Shown one piece after another: positions 8,190-17,419 of a DNA stretch of 43,037 nucleotides (its first letter is position 1; the number at the start of each line of letters is the position of its first letter). The DNA comes from a virus. Location: IMG/VR virus record IMGVR_UViG_3300045988_172905, positions 1 to 43,037 of that record; one strand, 5' to 3'. The notes under the pieces are model-generated. The model was given only the letters and a program-made list of their open reading frames with translations, searched no databases and was not told the DNA's origin. Position numbers and translations under genes: made by a program.

Positions 8190-9386
8190 ATGGCAGGATT
8201 AGCAATTATAAACAAGGATGCTGATTTTTCGGCAATCAATCTCGGCAAGGTGACACGTGGAGCATTTGTAGACTATATCACCATCGACCAGTCTTATACT
8301 GACGGAGATGTGGTAAAGATAACAGGTGACTTCAACGGTAAGGCCTATCAAGCCATACGTGCGCTGACGCATCGTTACATGGGCAAGCGAACTGCTGATG
8401 GTGTTGAAACAATCATACAACTTGATGATACAAATTCAGCAAAGTTTCTTGATGGTTCAGAAGCACCAACATCACAAAACGATGTGTTTGTCAAATTGCC
8501 TGTTTTTTACTATCATTCTGAAGAGACAAACCCTAATGTGTGGAAGATTGGGTTAAGTATGTCACAGATTGGTCCAGATTGGATTAAGTTCGACGGGGAC
8601 AAGCGTCTCATCGGTGCTTTCTTTACTAGCAATCAAGTAGTGAGCAGGAGCGGAGTATCAACTAGAACATCTTTCCCACGAAATGAATTAGCTCAAAAGT
8701 TTGCTGCTCGTGGCACAGGTTTCGGTGGCATGGCTCTCACGTGGGCAAATGTGCTCAAGATGTTGTGCTTATTTGCCTATGGCAAGCATCATTTTCAATC
8801 TGCAATAGGATATGCAACTAACTATCAAAATCACAACATGACAGGAGACACACTATCACTTGGTATGTCAGATTCTGCAGCTGATGCAAATGGTGCTCAA
8901 AATTTTATGGGAGTAGAAGGCATGACAACGCCAACATATGTTACTGATACGCTTAATGAGACAGCATCTAACAATCTATACACTAACAGAGACCTCGATG
9001 GCAGTGTTAAGACTTTTATCTATCCAACTTCAACATACCTAAATGACAAGGAAGCGCCAATTAAAAGGCTATTGATTGGTCATGACGTCAATTTCACGCC
9101 AAGCGAAATTGACGATATGATAATAGTTGACGATGGATCATTCGCAAAATACTGGCAGCAAAGTACAGGTGTGTATCAAACAGGAGGAGCTTATGCTACG
9201 TCACAGTGGTGTTATCGAACAGGCATGTTAAACACAACAGAACAGTTCGCAAGAAGTGGAGCATTCCAAGTGACTGGTAATCTATATAACTCGTCTACAT
9301 CTTATGTAGGCACTCGGCTTACATTCTACGGCAAAATAAACATTATTAACAGCGTTGATGATTTCAACGCATTAAATGAGATATAA
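8190..9386 (+). CDS. Putative receptor-binding or tail protein
   Basis: 398-aa ORF in the low-GC block following the tail fibre. No motif recognised. Confidence 0.5.
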   Translation: MAGLAIINKDADFSAINLGKVTRGAFVDYITIDQSYTDGDVVKITGDFNGKAYQAIRALTHRYMGKRTADGVETIIQLDDTNSAKFLDGSEAPTSQNDVFVKLPVFYYHSEETNPNVWKIGLSMSQIGPDWIKFDGDKRLIGAFFTSNQVVSRSGVSTRTSFPRNELAQKFAARGTGFGGMALTWANVLKMLCLFAYGKHHFQSAIGYATNYQNHNMTGDTLSLGMSDSAADANGAQNFMGVEGMTTPTYVTDTLNETASNNLYTNRDLDGSVKTFIYPTSTYLNDKEAPIKRLLIGHDVNFTPSEIDDMIIVDDGSFAKYWQQSTGVYQTGGAYATSQWCYRTGMLNTTEQFARSGAFQVTGNLYNSSTSYVGTRLTFYGKINIINSVDDFNALNEI

Positions 9387-9387
9387 T

Positions 9388-10947
9388 ATGGCAAATATAA
9401 TTAGGCTAAAAGACAACGATGGTAAGGAGGCCTATCCGGTTGGCGTGCATCTTGGCAGCAATTATAATGGCAATGTCAACGGAGTATGGAGGGAACTTGC
9501 TCTGCTACCTGTCATTAACGGAGTGGTCAATCCAATTACTAGTCACTTCGTGTTTCAAGACAACGCACCTGCTTGCAGCGATGTGATGATAATCCCAGAA
9601 TACCCAATTACATTGCACGTTAAGTTGCCAGACAATCTTCGCATGAATATGTATAGCGGCTATAGAGTTAACCTTCCTAATGATACAGATTCTTATTCTT
9701 GCGAAAATGTTACTCAAGGTATCGCTAATGGCGCTTCTTTTACATTCCCTGAATCTCAAGGGCAACCATGTATGTACAGGGCTGAATTTTATTATAGTGA
9801 CGGCACTTATCCAAGGTTTGATGATATTGAAAATTTGATAAAAAATGGTGAAATCAAGATAACATATTTCTCAAAGTCAGACGATGTGTTATCGCGTAAC
9901 TACGAGCAGGAAAAGCTCATACGTGGAATATCAATGAAGTCCACATCGTCTACTTCGTCAACACGTCGGCATATCTTTGCTCATGCAAGTGACTTCCATG
10001 GCGATGTTTACCGACTGCGCAACTTCCTCGATTTTTGCAGTGCATTTAATGGATATATAACACCAATTATCACTGGAGATACAGTTGCACAGATAACGCA
10101 CGATGGTTTTGATTGGGCTTTTAATGAGCTATATAATTATGTTGGAAAATGGGCGCTGACTACAGGTAATCATGATGTGTGCTATGGTGGCGATTTTAGA
10201 AGTTTTCAAACAAATTTAAATGATTGGCTCAAAAGAATAGGGGTTACTTTACCTTCCAGTATAGTTGGAAATTCAGCTTCATATTATAGCATCACAATCG
10301 ACAATACTGTTATTATATGTATTGACCAGTACGACAACCTTACACGTTCGGGATATAACATCAGCCAAACGCAGGCGCAGTGGATTATTGACACACTTAA
10401 AAATGTGCCGTCTGGTAATAACATCCTGATTGCGATGCATCAAATGGAAGTGCCAATTGACCAGATTACAGGGAACACTGAGTTCTTTGAGCAAACGATG
10501 AAGTATGACGACAGTGCTAAAACAGAGAATCTGCAAACTGGCGACTTGCTTACAAAGCTCATTGACGCATTTATAGGCCGTACCACTACAGGTAGCATCA
10601 GCGTGACTAACAGGAATGGTAGCAGCTACACCATATCCGCTGACTTTTCAACCGCGAAGGGCACATTTGTAGCTTTTATGAGTGGCCACACGCATCGTGA
10701 CCGCATTGGATATAACACAGGCACTACACACAAGCAACTGCACATGAATATCTCATGCGCTGTTGCTGGTTATGTATACCAACGCGACCTTCCAACAAAC
10801 GGAGGTGTCGGAGCATCGCAAGACGTGTTCAATGTGTTTGCGATTAACAATGACACTAACGAGGTTGAAATAGTGCGTGTAGGGGCAACGTACAATGTTG
10901 GCAACACACGTCACCCATTCCTCATGAAAGTTAAATTCAAGGATTAA
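9388..10947 (+). CDS. Tail-associated protein with a C-terminal calcineurin-like metallophosphoesterase domain
   Basis: Ordered motifs HASDFHGD, ITGDTV, TGNHD, MHQ and GHTHRD. The start is taken at the ATG 2 nt after the previous stop. Confidence 0.7.
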   Translation: MANIIRLKDNDGKEAYPVGVHLGSNYNGNVNGVWRELALLPVINGVVNPITSHFVFQDNAPACSDVMIIPEYPITLHVKLPDNLRMNMYSGYRVNLPNDTDSYSCENVTQGIANGASFTFPESQGQPCMYRAEFYYSDGTYPRFDDIENLIKNGEIKITYFSKSDDVLSRNYEQEKLIRGISMKSTSSTSSTRRHIFAHASDFHGDVYRLRNFLDFCSAFNGYITPIITGDTVAQITHDGFDWAFNELYNYVGKWALTTGNHDVCYGGDFRSFQTNLNDWLKRIGVTLPSSIVGNSASYYSITIDNTVIICIDQYDNLTRSGYNISQTQAQWIIDTLKNVPSGNNILIAMHQMEVPIDQITGNTEFFEQTMKYDDSAKTENLQTGDLLTKLIDAFIGRTTTGSISVTNRNGSSYTISADFSTAKGTFVAFMSGHTHRDRIGYNTGTTHKQLHMNISCAVAGYVYQRDLPTNGGVGASQDVFNVFAINNDTNEVEIVRVGATYNVGNTRHPFLMKVKFKD

Positions 10948-11028
10948 GAGACTAAATGAATATTGAAAACATAAGACGCGCATATTTTTATAGCACGACT
11001 ATGAATCAACAACTAACACTATCCGACT

Positions 11029-11541
11029 ATGACAGACTTTGTTAATTTTTGGAAAGCCGCCTGTGTGTGCGTTGGCGGTTGGATTGGCTGGCTGATAGGC
11101 GAGTTCCACCCGACGTTACCTATCATCATTGTGGCAATCATCTTCATTGTGTACGATGCTTATACCGCTTTCACGCTCGACAAGCGAGTAAAGAAGAAGT
11201 ATCCCGACAAGACCACGCGTGAGAAAGCCAAATTCACGAGCTTCGCCTTTGGAAAGGTGGTGACGCAGACAATCCCAAAGCGTTTGTCGCTCATTCTGCT
11301 GGCGTTCCTCGTCGAGCACTGGGTGTTCATCCATGTGGTAATACCCTTATCGTACATCGTTACCGGTGTAATCTGCTTCGAGCAGGCATGGTCAATCATG
11401 GAGAACGAGAGTAGTTGCCGAGATGAGGCTGACAGCAAGTTTTGGCGTGGGTTGCAGAAAATCATGGTGGACAAAACCGCCAGACACTTCGATATTGATT
11501 TAACCGAACTTAAAAAAGAAGACAATCATGAAAATAATTAA
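11029..11541 (+). CDS. Holin
   Basis: 170 aa with several hydrophobic helices and a charged C-terminal tail, immediately upstream of and overlapping the endolysin. Confidence 0.7.
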   Translation: MTDFVNFWKAACVCVGGWIGWLIGEFHPTLPIIIVAIIFIVYDAYTAFTLDKRVKKKYPDKTTREKAKFTSFAFGKVVTQTIPKRLSLILLAFLVEHWVFIHVVIPLSYIVTGVICFEQAWSIMENESSCRDEADSKFWRGLQKIMVDKTARHFDIDLTELKKEDNHENN

Positions 11542-12325
11542 AAAAGGCTCGAAGGGTGATGCCGTAAAAACCCTACAACGAGCTTTGAATATCACCATTG
11601 ATGGCGACTTTGGTTTAAAGACAGAGGCGGCAGTTAAGGAATTTCAAAAGGCACATAACCTCATTGCAGATGGGATAGTTGGTCCAAATACTTGGAAGGT
11701 ACTTGGTATCATCGATGATAGATGCGTTGACACGGCTGTTATTTATTCGCCACTGTCTAAATGCTTAACTAAATCGCCCGGTAGATCTATTAAGTATCTT
11801 GCCATACACTACACTGCAGGTTCAAGTTCTGCACCTGGTAGAGCTTTATCGATGAAAAAGTATTGGGAGCAAGCAATGCGAGCTTCTGCAGACTTCGGCG
11901 TTGATGACCGCGACATCTATCAATTTAACCCTGATTTGCTAAATTACAAATGTTGGAGTGTAGGTGATAAAAAGAATCCGTATAGTGGTGGTGGTTCATT
12001 ATATGGTGTTGCTAACAATAGTAATACTATTTCTATTGAGATTTGCTCTAATATTCAATCAGGTGCAAGTAAAGAAGCACCCAATCATGATGGCTGGTAT
12101 TTTACTGATGAGGCTTTAAATAACGCCGTTAAGCTCGCAAAAATTCTGATGCGTAAGTTTAATATTCCTATTGAGCGTGTTGTGCGACACTATGACATAT
12201 CGGGTAAGATATGCCCTGGTGTCATTGGGTGGAACAACTATTTTTGCTACGACAAGAATGGTAAACGCACAAGAAAAAAGAACGATAGCGCAGCTTGGCT
12301 GGCTTTCAAAAAGAGATTGTTATGA
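11528..12325 (+). CDS. Endolysin: peptidoglycan-binding domain plus N-acetylmuramoyl-L-alanine amidase
   Basis: N-terminal PG_binding_1-like repeat (DGDFGLKTEAAVKEFQKAHNLIADGIVGPNTW). Amidase_2-like IHYTAG and RHYDISGKICPG. Confidence 0.9.
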   Translation: MKIIKKGSKGDAVKTLQRALNITIDGDFGLKTEAAVKEFQKAHNLIADGIVGPNTWKVLGIIDDRCVDTAVIYSPLSKCLTKSPGRSIKYLAIHYTAGSSSAPGRALSMKKYWEQAMRASADFGVDDRDIYQFNPDLLNYKCWSVGDKKNPYSGGGSLYGVANNSNTISIEICSNIQSGASKEAPNHDGWYFTDEALNNAVKLAKILMRKFNIPIERVVRHYDISGKICPGVIGWNNYFCYDKNGKRTRKKNDSAAWLAFKKRLL

Positions 12326-12744
12326 ACAAGATATTACCTATTCTCTGCCTGGTTCTGTTGTGCGGCTGCCATGGCACAAAGACCATAACCAAGAGGGTCG
12401 AGGTGCCGGTGGTCGTCACCCAGGAGCACACGATTGAAAGCGTGCGCATCGACCATGTGCGTGACACGCTGGTGCAGCGCGATAGCATCTACCACTATGT
12501 GCAGGGAGACACGGTGCGCATCGAACGATGGCACTATCTGCAAGGCACTACCAATGTGGTGAGAGTTGACACCGTACACGTCACCGACAGCGTGCAGGTG
12601 CCAGTGGTCACCACGCAGACAATAGAAAGACAGGTGGAGGTTCCGCGCCCTTTATCATGGGCGCAGAAGACGCTGATGATCTTCGGCGGTGTATTGATGA
12701 TAGCGGTGCTTCTGCTCATAGCTTACAAAACCATAAAGCGATGA
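12322..12744 (+). CDS. Unimolecular spanin candidate (lipoprotein with a C-terminal TM anchor)
   Basis: Signal peptide and lipobox MNKILPILCLVLLCGC, C-terminal TM TLMIFGGVLMIAVLLLIAY, and ATGA overlap with the endolysin stop. Confidence 0.6.
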   Translation: MNKILPILCLVLLCGCHGTKTITKRVEVPVVVTQEHTIESVRIDHVRDTLVQRDSIYHYVQGDTVRIERWHYLQGTTNVVRVDTVHVTDSVQVPVVTTQTIERQVEVPRPLSWAQKTLMIFGGVLMIAVLLLIAYKTIKR

Positions 12745-14801
12745 TTGAACTTTTCCTTGACAACAAACCCGCTGTGCTACGTGAGAATGTGGCCATCAAA
12801 CTCACGCGTGAGAACGTCTATTTCAACAAGACGGGCAGCTACACCTACGACATTGAGTTACCGATGCAGTGCGCCGAGAACCGTGCCATTTTCGGCAGCA
12901 TCAACAGGGTTGACACAGTGACCGAATACCGTGAGTTGCACGCCGTGCTGCGTGTTGATAACAAGGTGCTACTTGACGGCAAGGCTGTCATCAACCAAGT
13001 GACCGACTCATCGGTCAAAGTGCAGTTGCTTGGAGGAAACAGCGAGATGAACTTCTACACTAAAGGTGCAGAGCTATACGTTGATGAACTTGACCTCGGT
13101 GACTGGATGCACGAGCTGTCATATCAGCCCGAGCCACAACCATCAGAGAAAGGCACGGCTTTCTATCGCGCCGTTCTCGACTGGATGGAGTGTGTTGACA
13201 TTCGCTTCCTCAACAAGCCGGAAAGCCAAAACAAGACTAAAGCACAAGAGGCTTACGAATGGTGGAGAAAAAGATGGTGGGTTTATGATCATTCACAAGG
13301 TTATGATGCATACGATAACCGAGGTGTGGCATTCCCGGTTATCAACGTGAATAGCAAGTGGAACAGCTACTGCGACAGCGGACTGCTTTGCAACGAGATT
13401 GTGATGCGTATGCATGGGCGCGACGGCAATGGGAACGGATATTATTTCCCGGAATACCGTCTTGAATGGGAAAACCAGGTCGAGAAGTCAGATGGTACAC
13501 CGCAAGTGTGCCCGTCATACATGCCTATGCTATGCCGCACAATCCGAAAAGTTCTGTCCGCTGTCGGCTACGATATAGACCTTGAAGGACTAAGGAGGTT
13601 ATACACTGACAACACTTTATTCAGGCGCATTTTCATCGTCACGGCCAACAACCGTGTGGACATCGCAAAGGCTTTGCCTCACTGGACGGTGAACGAGTTT
13701 CTGACACAAGTCGAGAGATTCCTGGGCATCGTTGTTGAGGTTGACGAGATAACCAAGTCCTGCACGCTGGTGAACCACCAGACATGGTGGACCGACACCC
13801 CGCTTCCCATCGAAGATATTGTTGATGAATACACGTCAGAAGTGGAGAAAGAAGACACCAAAGATGTGAGCAACGGTAACATCGGGTTTAGCATGGAGGA
13901 CAGCGAATATCACCTTTCGGAAGACATCCTTGGGGCTGCCACTATAGATAATCGCTTCACAACTTTCGAACAGATGCAGGCATTTCTGCGCAGTGGTGCT
14001 TCGGCGGACGACAAAAACAAGCTGTTCAATGTTCAAGGGCACCAGTTTATTCTTGCTACTATTAAAGATGCGAATGGCGATGTCACCGAATACTACTTCA
14101 AAGAGGTGAATCAGTTTGGTGCCCTCATGAGGCAACCCGACAAAAAAGACATTGATGTCGAGTTGAAAATTGTACCAGCTACAACTACACTGCAGAATGT
14201 TCCATTCGTAATCACATCAACATACACTGAAAATGGCAAGACCTACTATATTGAACAAAAGGCGGCAGAAGTGCCAATGCCGATACTAACTATCGAAGGT
14301 CCTTCTGATGTTGGTGAAAAGATGTTAGTTCGTGCTGCCGATAGTGTGAAGACAGATCTTGAATCGCTCATATCGGGTGAGACTTCTGTCGACAGCGCAT
14401 CAGAAGTCGATAAAATGTATGTGGCATACGTGCCTGAATCAATGACTGCCATTGCCAACGAAGACATGAGCTGCGTCGGTGAATACCCGGTGGTACAGCC
14501 ATGTTCAGCATACGAGGTTAAGAGTAGCGGCTATGGCAATAAGCATAACAGCGCACAGAATTTCTTGACACTGCAGCAACTGCAAGACAAAGAGACAATC
14601 GGCAACACGAGTTTTGCTGATGGAACCGTCATCGATACAACCGTGAAATATTGCATCAAGTTTATTTCAAATGAGGTACTGAAACCTACTAGAGCATTTC
14701 TCATTCATGGGCAAAGGTTCGCCTGTGAGAAACTGGAATACAACATCACGGCCAAAGGTGTGTCACCTCTTGTTACGGGCTATTTTTATAAGCTGGATTA
14801 A
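12741..14801 (+). CDS. Large hypothetical protein, possibly virion or tail-tip associated
   Basis: 686 aa from the ATG overlapping the spanin stop. The track extension from 12657 lies inside the spanin gene. No motif recognised. Confidence 0.6.
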   Translation: MIELFLDNKPAVLRENVAIKLTRENVYFNKTGSYTYDIELPMQCAENRAIFGSINRVDTVTEYRELHAVLRVDNKVLLDGKAVINQVTDSSVKVQLLGGNSEMNFYTKGAELYVDELDLGDWMHELSYQPEPQPSEKGTAFYRAVLDWMECVDIRFLNKPESQNKTKAQEAYEWWRKRWWVYDHSQGYDAYDNRGVAFPVINVNSKWNSYCDSGLLCNEIVMRMHGRDGNGNGYYFPEYRLEWENQVEKSDGTPQVCPSYMPMLCRTIRKVLSAVGYDIDLEGLRRLYTDNTLFRRIFIVTANNRVDIAKALPHWTVNEFLTQVERFLGIVVEVDEITKSCTLVNHQTWWTDTPLPIEDIVDEYTSEVEKEDTKDVSNGNIGFSMEDSEYHLSEDILGAATIDNRFTTFEQMQAFLRSGASADDKNKLFNVQGHQFILATIKDANGDVTEYYFKEVNQFGALMRQPDKKDIDVELKIVPATTTLQNVPFVITSTYTENGKTYYIEQKAAEVPMPILTIEGPSDVGEKMLVRAADSVKTDLESLISGETSVDSASEVDKMYVAYVPESMTAIANEDMSCVGEYPVVQPCSAYEVKSSGYGNKHNSAQNFLTLQQLQDKETIGNTSFADGTVIDTTVKYCIKFISNEVLKPTRAFLIHGQRFACEKLEYNITAKGVSPLVTGYFYKLD

Positions 14802-15955
14802 AGATTTCCTTTGAAGTGCTTGGTCTCCTCATGCACGGCTGCATCGCGACCTTGCAGGTACTTGTTTGTGGTGCTTACATCGCTGTGCCGTGCCTGGTCT
14901 CTTGCTATGACTATGCCCTCACTATTGGCGAGGTCACGGAGACCACTATCCTTAAGGCTGTAGAACTGGTAGCAGTCACCCCAGCCGAGCCCTTTGCGCA
15001 CCAACGTATTCCACTTGCGTCGGAACATTTCGCTGTCGCTGCGTGTCGCTGATGGGCGCGTTACCTTTGGCCCAAACAAATAATAATCGTTGGGATGCTG
15101 GAACACGCCCAAGTCAATCATGAACTTTATGATTTTATCATTGAGGCCAACCTTGCCGTCACGCTTATTTTTTGAAACTGTTGCATTGATGAATACTGAC
15201 TGCTCCTTGATGCTGATGTCTTCGAGCTTTATATGGCTCAATTCCTCCGGCCTGATGAAAGTGTAATATTCCATCATGCAAGCGAGGTAGAAATATGGAT
15301 GCGCCTCTCGAAGATGTGACTCCAGCTGCTTCAACATGGCAGCACTCAACGGCTGCCGCTTCTTGCCGACTTCGGCTATATCCTTGATGACTTCCACAGG
15401 GTTGCTTTTCATATATTGCTTCTCGATGAAGAATGCCGCCAACGACTGGCACCACTGCCTATAGTTGTTCCTGGTTCTCGGATTGACTTCTCTATCCAAA
15501 TAAATATAGTCGAGAAAGTCGCTGACAAATGCCGTGTCGAACTGGTATACATAGCGGATTGGCAGCAACCGCTGAGCGTTGTACTTGCGCAGGATGTTCA
15601 ATCGTGATGTGTAGGACTTGCGGGTCTTGTATTTCGGCATTCTTTCGACGAATGCCTCATATTTATTTAAGGCTTCCTCTAACAAAGTGTAGGCTCGGTT
15701 GCTGTCGGCATCAATCCATGGCGACCAGCCCTCACGTAAAAGTTTGGTCAGCGACTCAATCAGCTCATTGGCTCGCTTGCGTCGCTCTTTGATTTTTTCG
15801 ATGTTGTCAAGGTGATATTTCTTGCGGCGCATCTTGCCTTCGGCAGGATCGTAGGCATAGAAATCGACATACCACTTGCCGCCAGTATGAAGTTTTGGAT
15901 AGGTGAACTTCAAAACCTCGCTGAGAGAGTTTAATTTCTTCCGTGCTGCGCACAT
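14798..15955 (-). CDS. int: Tyrosine site-specific integrase
   Basis: 385 aa with an N-terminal arm-type domain and a C-terminal catalytic region ending ARHSDVSTTNKYLQ (His/Arg and Tyr nucleophile context), typical of Bacteroidota phage integrases. Confidence 0.93.
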   Translation of the reverse strand: MCAARKKLNSLSEVLKFTYPKLHTGGKWYVDFYAYDPAEGKMRRKKYHLDNIEKIKERRKRANELIESLTKLLREGWSPWIDADSNRAYTLLEEALNKYEAFVERMPKYKTRKSYTSRLNILRKYNAQRLLPIRYVYQFDTAFVSDFLDYIYLDREVNPRTRNNYRQWCQSLAAFFIEKQYMKSNPVEVIKDIAEVGKKRQPLSAAMLKQLESHLREAHPYFYLACMMEYYTFIRPEELSHIKLEDISIKEQSVFINATVSKNKRDGKVGLNDKIIKFMIDLGVFQHPNDYYLFGPKVTRPSATRSDSEMFRRKWNTLVRKGLGWGDCYQFYSLKDSGLRDLANSEGIVIARDQARHSDVSTTNKYLQGRDAAVHEETKHFKGNL

Positions 15956-16001
15956 TTTTTTACATTCTTTGGTGTGAAGAATGCAAATGGTTAAACTTCT
16001 A

Positions 16002-16021
16002 TCGTCTATACTGCGTCTATG
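16002..16021 (+). repeat. Direct repeat TCGTCTATAnnnCGTCTATG, copy 1 (candidate integrase arm or regulator site)
   Basis: tcgtctatactgcgtctatg; the second copy is at 16174-16193. Confidence 0.6.
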
Positions 16022-16032
16022 ACTTTTTAATT

Positions 16033-16075
16033 AATAAAGGGTAACTCGTTGCAATACAACTTGTTACCCTTTATT
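16033..16075. other. Perfect 13-bp stem hairpin in the int-repressor intergenic region
   Basis: aataaagggtaac 16033-16045 pairs with gttaccctttatt 16063-16075, with a 17-nt loop. Confidence 0.6.
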
Positions 16076-16173
16076 TAGCGGAGAGGACAAGAATAAATTT
16101 TAGTATTCGTCATTATTCCATTGGTTAGCCATCAACCACTTGCACACTTCTTGATAACAAATTTTCGAGCCTT

Positions 16174-16193
16174 TCGTCTATAACACGTCTATG
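16174..16193 (+). repeat. Direct repeat TCGTCTATAnnnCGTCTATG, copy 2
   Basis: tcgtctataacacgtctatg, overlapping the stop codon of the repressor gene. Confidence 0.6.
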
Positions 16194-16551
16194 GATTTTG
16201 TTGCCTTTTTAGCAGTTCAACCATCTCCTCCAGTAGAGCAATGCGCTTATCCTTTTCCTCTATAATTTGTTCTAAAGATTTAGCCTTTCCACGCAATTCG
16301 CCAATGGTTATGTTGGCTACATTATTAGAATTGCCCACCACATTGTAACCGTAACTCTTGCTGCGCTGAAACAGCGCATCAATCGGCACGTCAAAGAAAT
16401 CTGCGATTTTCTCTAGTCGTTCTGCTGTGGGATTGCCACGCACGAGTGAAGATATTGAGCCATTGGTTTGGAGATGAAGATGCTCCAATAAATCTTTGGC
16501 TTTCATTCCACGCTCTTTTAGCAACACACTGATAACTTTACCGTTGTACAT
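16189..16551 (-). CDS. cI-like XRE-family HTH repressor
   Basis: HTH segment KAKDLLEHLHLQTNGSISSLVRGNPTAERLEKIADFF and a C-terminal coiled coil. First ATG used (the track start is TTG). Divergent from a Cro-like gene. Confidence 0.8.
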   Translation of the reverse strand: MYNGKVISVLLKERGMKAKDLLEHLHLQTNGSISSLVRGNPTAERLEKIADFFDVPIDALFQRSKSYGYNVVGNSNNVANITIGELRGKAKSLEQIIEEKDKRIALLEEMVELLKRQQNP

Positions 16552-16586
16552 AGAAACCAATAATTTTAATATAATTTAACTTTAAG

Positions 16587-16610
16587 AAACCAAGAATATT
16601 TTGTTGGTTT
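16587..16610. promoter_or_regulatory. Inverted-repeat operator candidate AAACCAA-N10-TTGGTTT
   Basis: 7-bp arms at 16587-16593 and 16604-16610, between the divergent repressor and Cro-like genes. Confidence 0.5.
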
Positions 16611-16613
16611 TCG

Positions 16614-16621
16614 CAAATCTA
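16614..16621 (-). promoter_or_regulatory. -7 box TAGATTTG on the minus strand (repressor promoter candidate)
   Basis: The plus strand reads CAAATCTA. The predicted start falls inside the operator inverted repeat. Confidence 0.45.
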
Positions 16622-16623
16622 TT

Positions 16624-16631
16624 TAAATTTG
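16624..16631 (+). promoter_or_regulatory. -7 box TAAATTTG (rightward early promoter candidate)
   Basis: Exact TAnnTTTG match 61 nt upstream of ATG 16692. Confidence 0.5.
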
Positions 16632-16636
16632 TACTC

Positions 16637-16644
16637 CAAAATTA
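16637..16644 (-). promoter_or_regulatory. -7 box TAATTTTG on the minus strand (second leftward promoter candidate)
   Basis: The plus strand reads CAAAATTA, back-to-back with the rightward box. Confidence 0.4.
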
Positions 16645-16691
16645 ATTCTATTTTTTAGAGCGACCAAATTTTTATTAACAAAAATACGATT

Positions 16692-16886
16692 ATGGTTATT
16701 ATTGACTACTACAACAAACTTGACCAAAAAGCCAAGAGTCAATTCATTAAAGATGTGATTGACATTACTGGCATCGCTTACTCCACCTTTTTCCAAAAGA
16801 TGAAGAATAACACCTTCAAGAAATTGGAAGAAGAAGCCATCATGAACTATATACAAAAATGCCAAGAAGATGATAGAGAAGATTGA
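16692..16886 (+). CDS. Cro- or excisionase-like small HTH protein
   Basis: 64 aa, divergent from the repressor, with the HTH-like segment ITGIAYSTFFQKMK. Confidence 0.5.
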   Translation: MVIIDYYNKLDQKAKSQFIKDVIDITGIAYSTFFQKMKNNTFKKLEEEAIMNYIQKCQEDDRED

Positions 16887-17418
16887 ATTTTACAACACAC
16901 CCGACGGATCGGTGTGTTGCAAGCCCGAGGGCAAACCGATGTTTATACTCGATGAGTCATGCAGACCGCTCATCGAGGAAATGATAGTTACCATCAAAGA
17001 GCTCTACCCAGATGCTTTCAAAGCTCTGAGTGAACTCTACTCCACCAGCGAGCGAAACCGCTCATTCTACGAATACCGCATTGTGCACCGCTTCATTCGC
17101 TGTAACTTTGGCGAATACGATGCGCTGCACGCCGATGTCGATGCCATGGGCGGTTTACACATTGAGGAAGTGAAATGCCCCATGCGTGGCGAATGCCGGC
17201 TGGAGGGCTGCGTATGCCGCCCCCGACTACAGTCCACACTCTCGCCTCGCGAGCAACAAGTGGCACTGCTGCTCGGCAAAGGCTACGATAAACCCGAAGT
17301 AGCCAATGAGCTTATGATTTCGGTTTACACCGTATCACGCCATGTGGCCAACATCAAGGCTCGACTGCATTTTAAACATACCAACCAGATTATCGCTCAC
17401 TTTAAAGACAAAGACTAA
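16870..17418 (+). CDS. LuxR/GerE-type HTH transcription regulator with a Cys-rich middle segment
   Basis: C-terminal LSPREQQVALLLGKGYDKPEVANELMISVYTVSRHVANIKARL. Cys cluster CPMRGECRLEGCVC. Confidence 0.75.
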   Translation: MIEKIEFYNTPDGSVCCKPEGKPMFILDESCRPLIEEMIVTIKELYPDAFKALSELYSTSERNRSFYEYRIVHRFIRCNFGEYDALHADVDAMGGLHIEEVKCPMRGECRLEGCVCRPRLQSTLSPREQQVALLLGKGYDKPEVANELMISVYTVSRHVANIKARLHFKHTNQIIAHFKDKD

Positions 17419-17419
17419 C

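Noticed and set aside
16078-16094. A tRNA gene in the int-proximal region.
   Set aside because: Only about 15 nt resemble a tRNA 3' end. There is no T-loop, anticodon arm or D-arm, so it is treated as a possible attP core and not as a tRNA gene.
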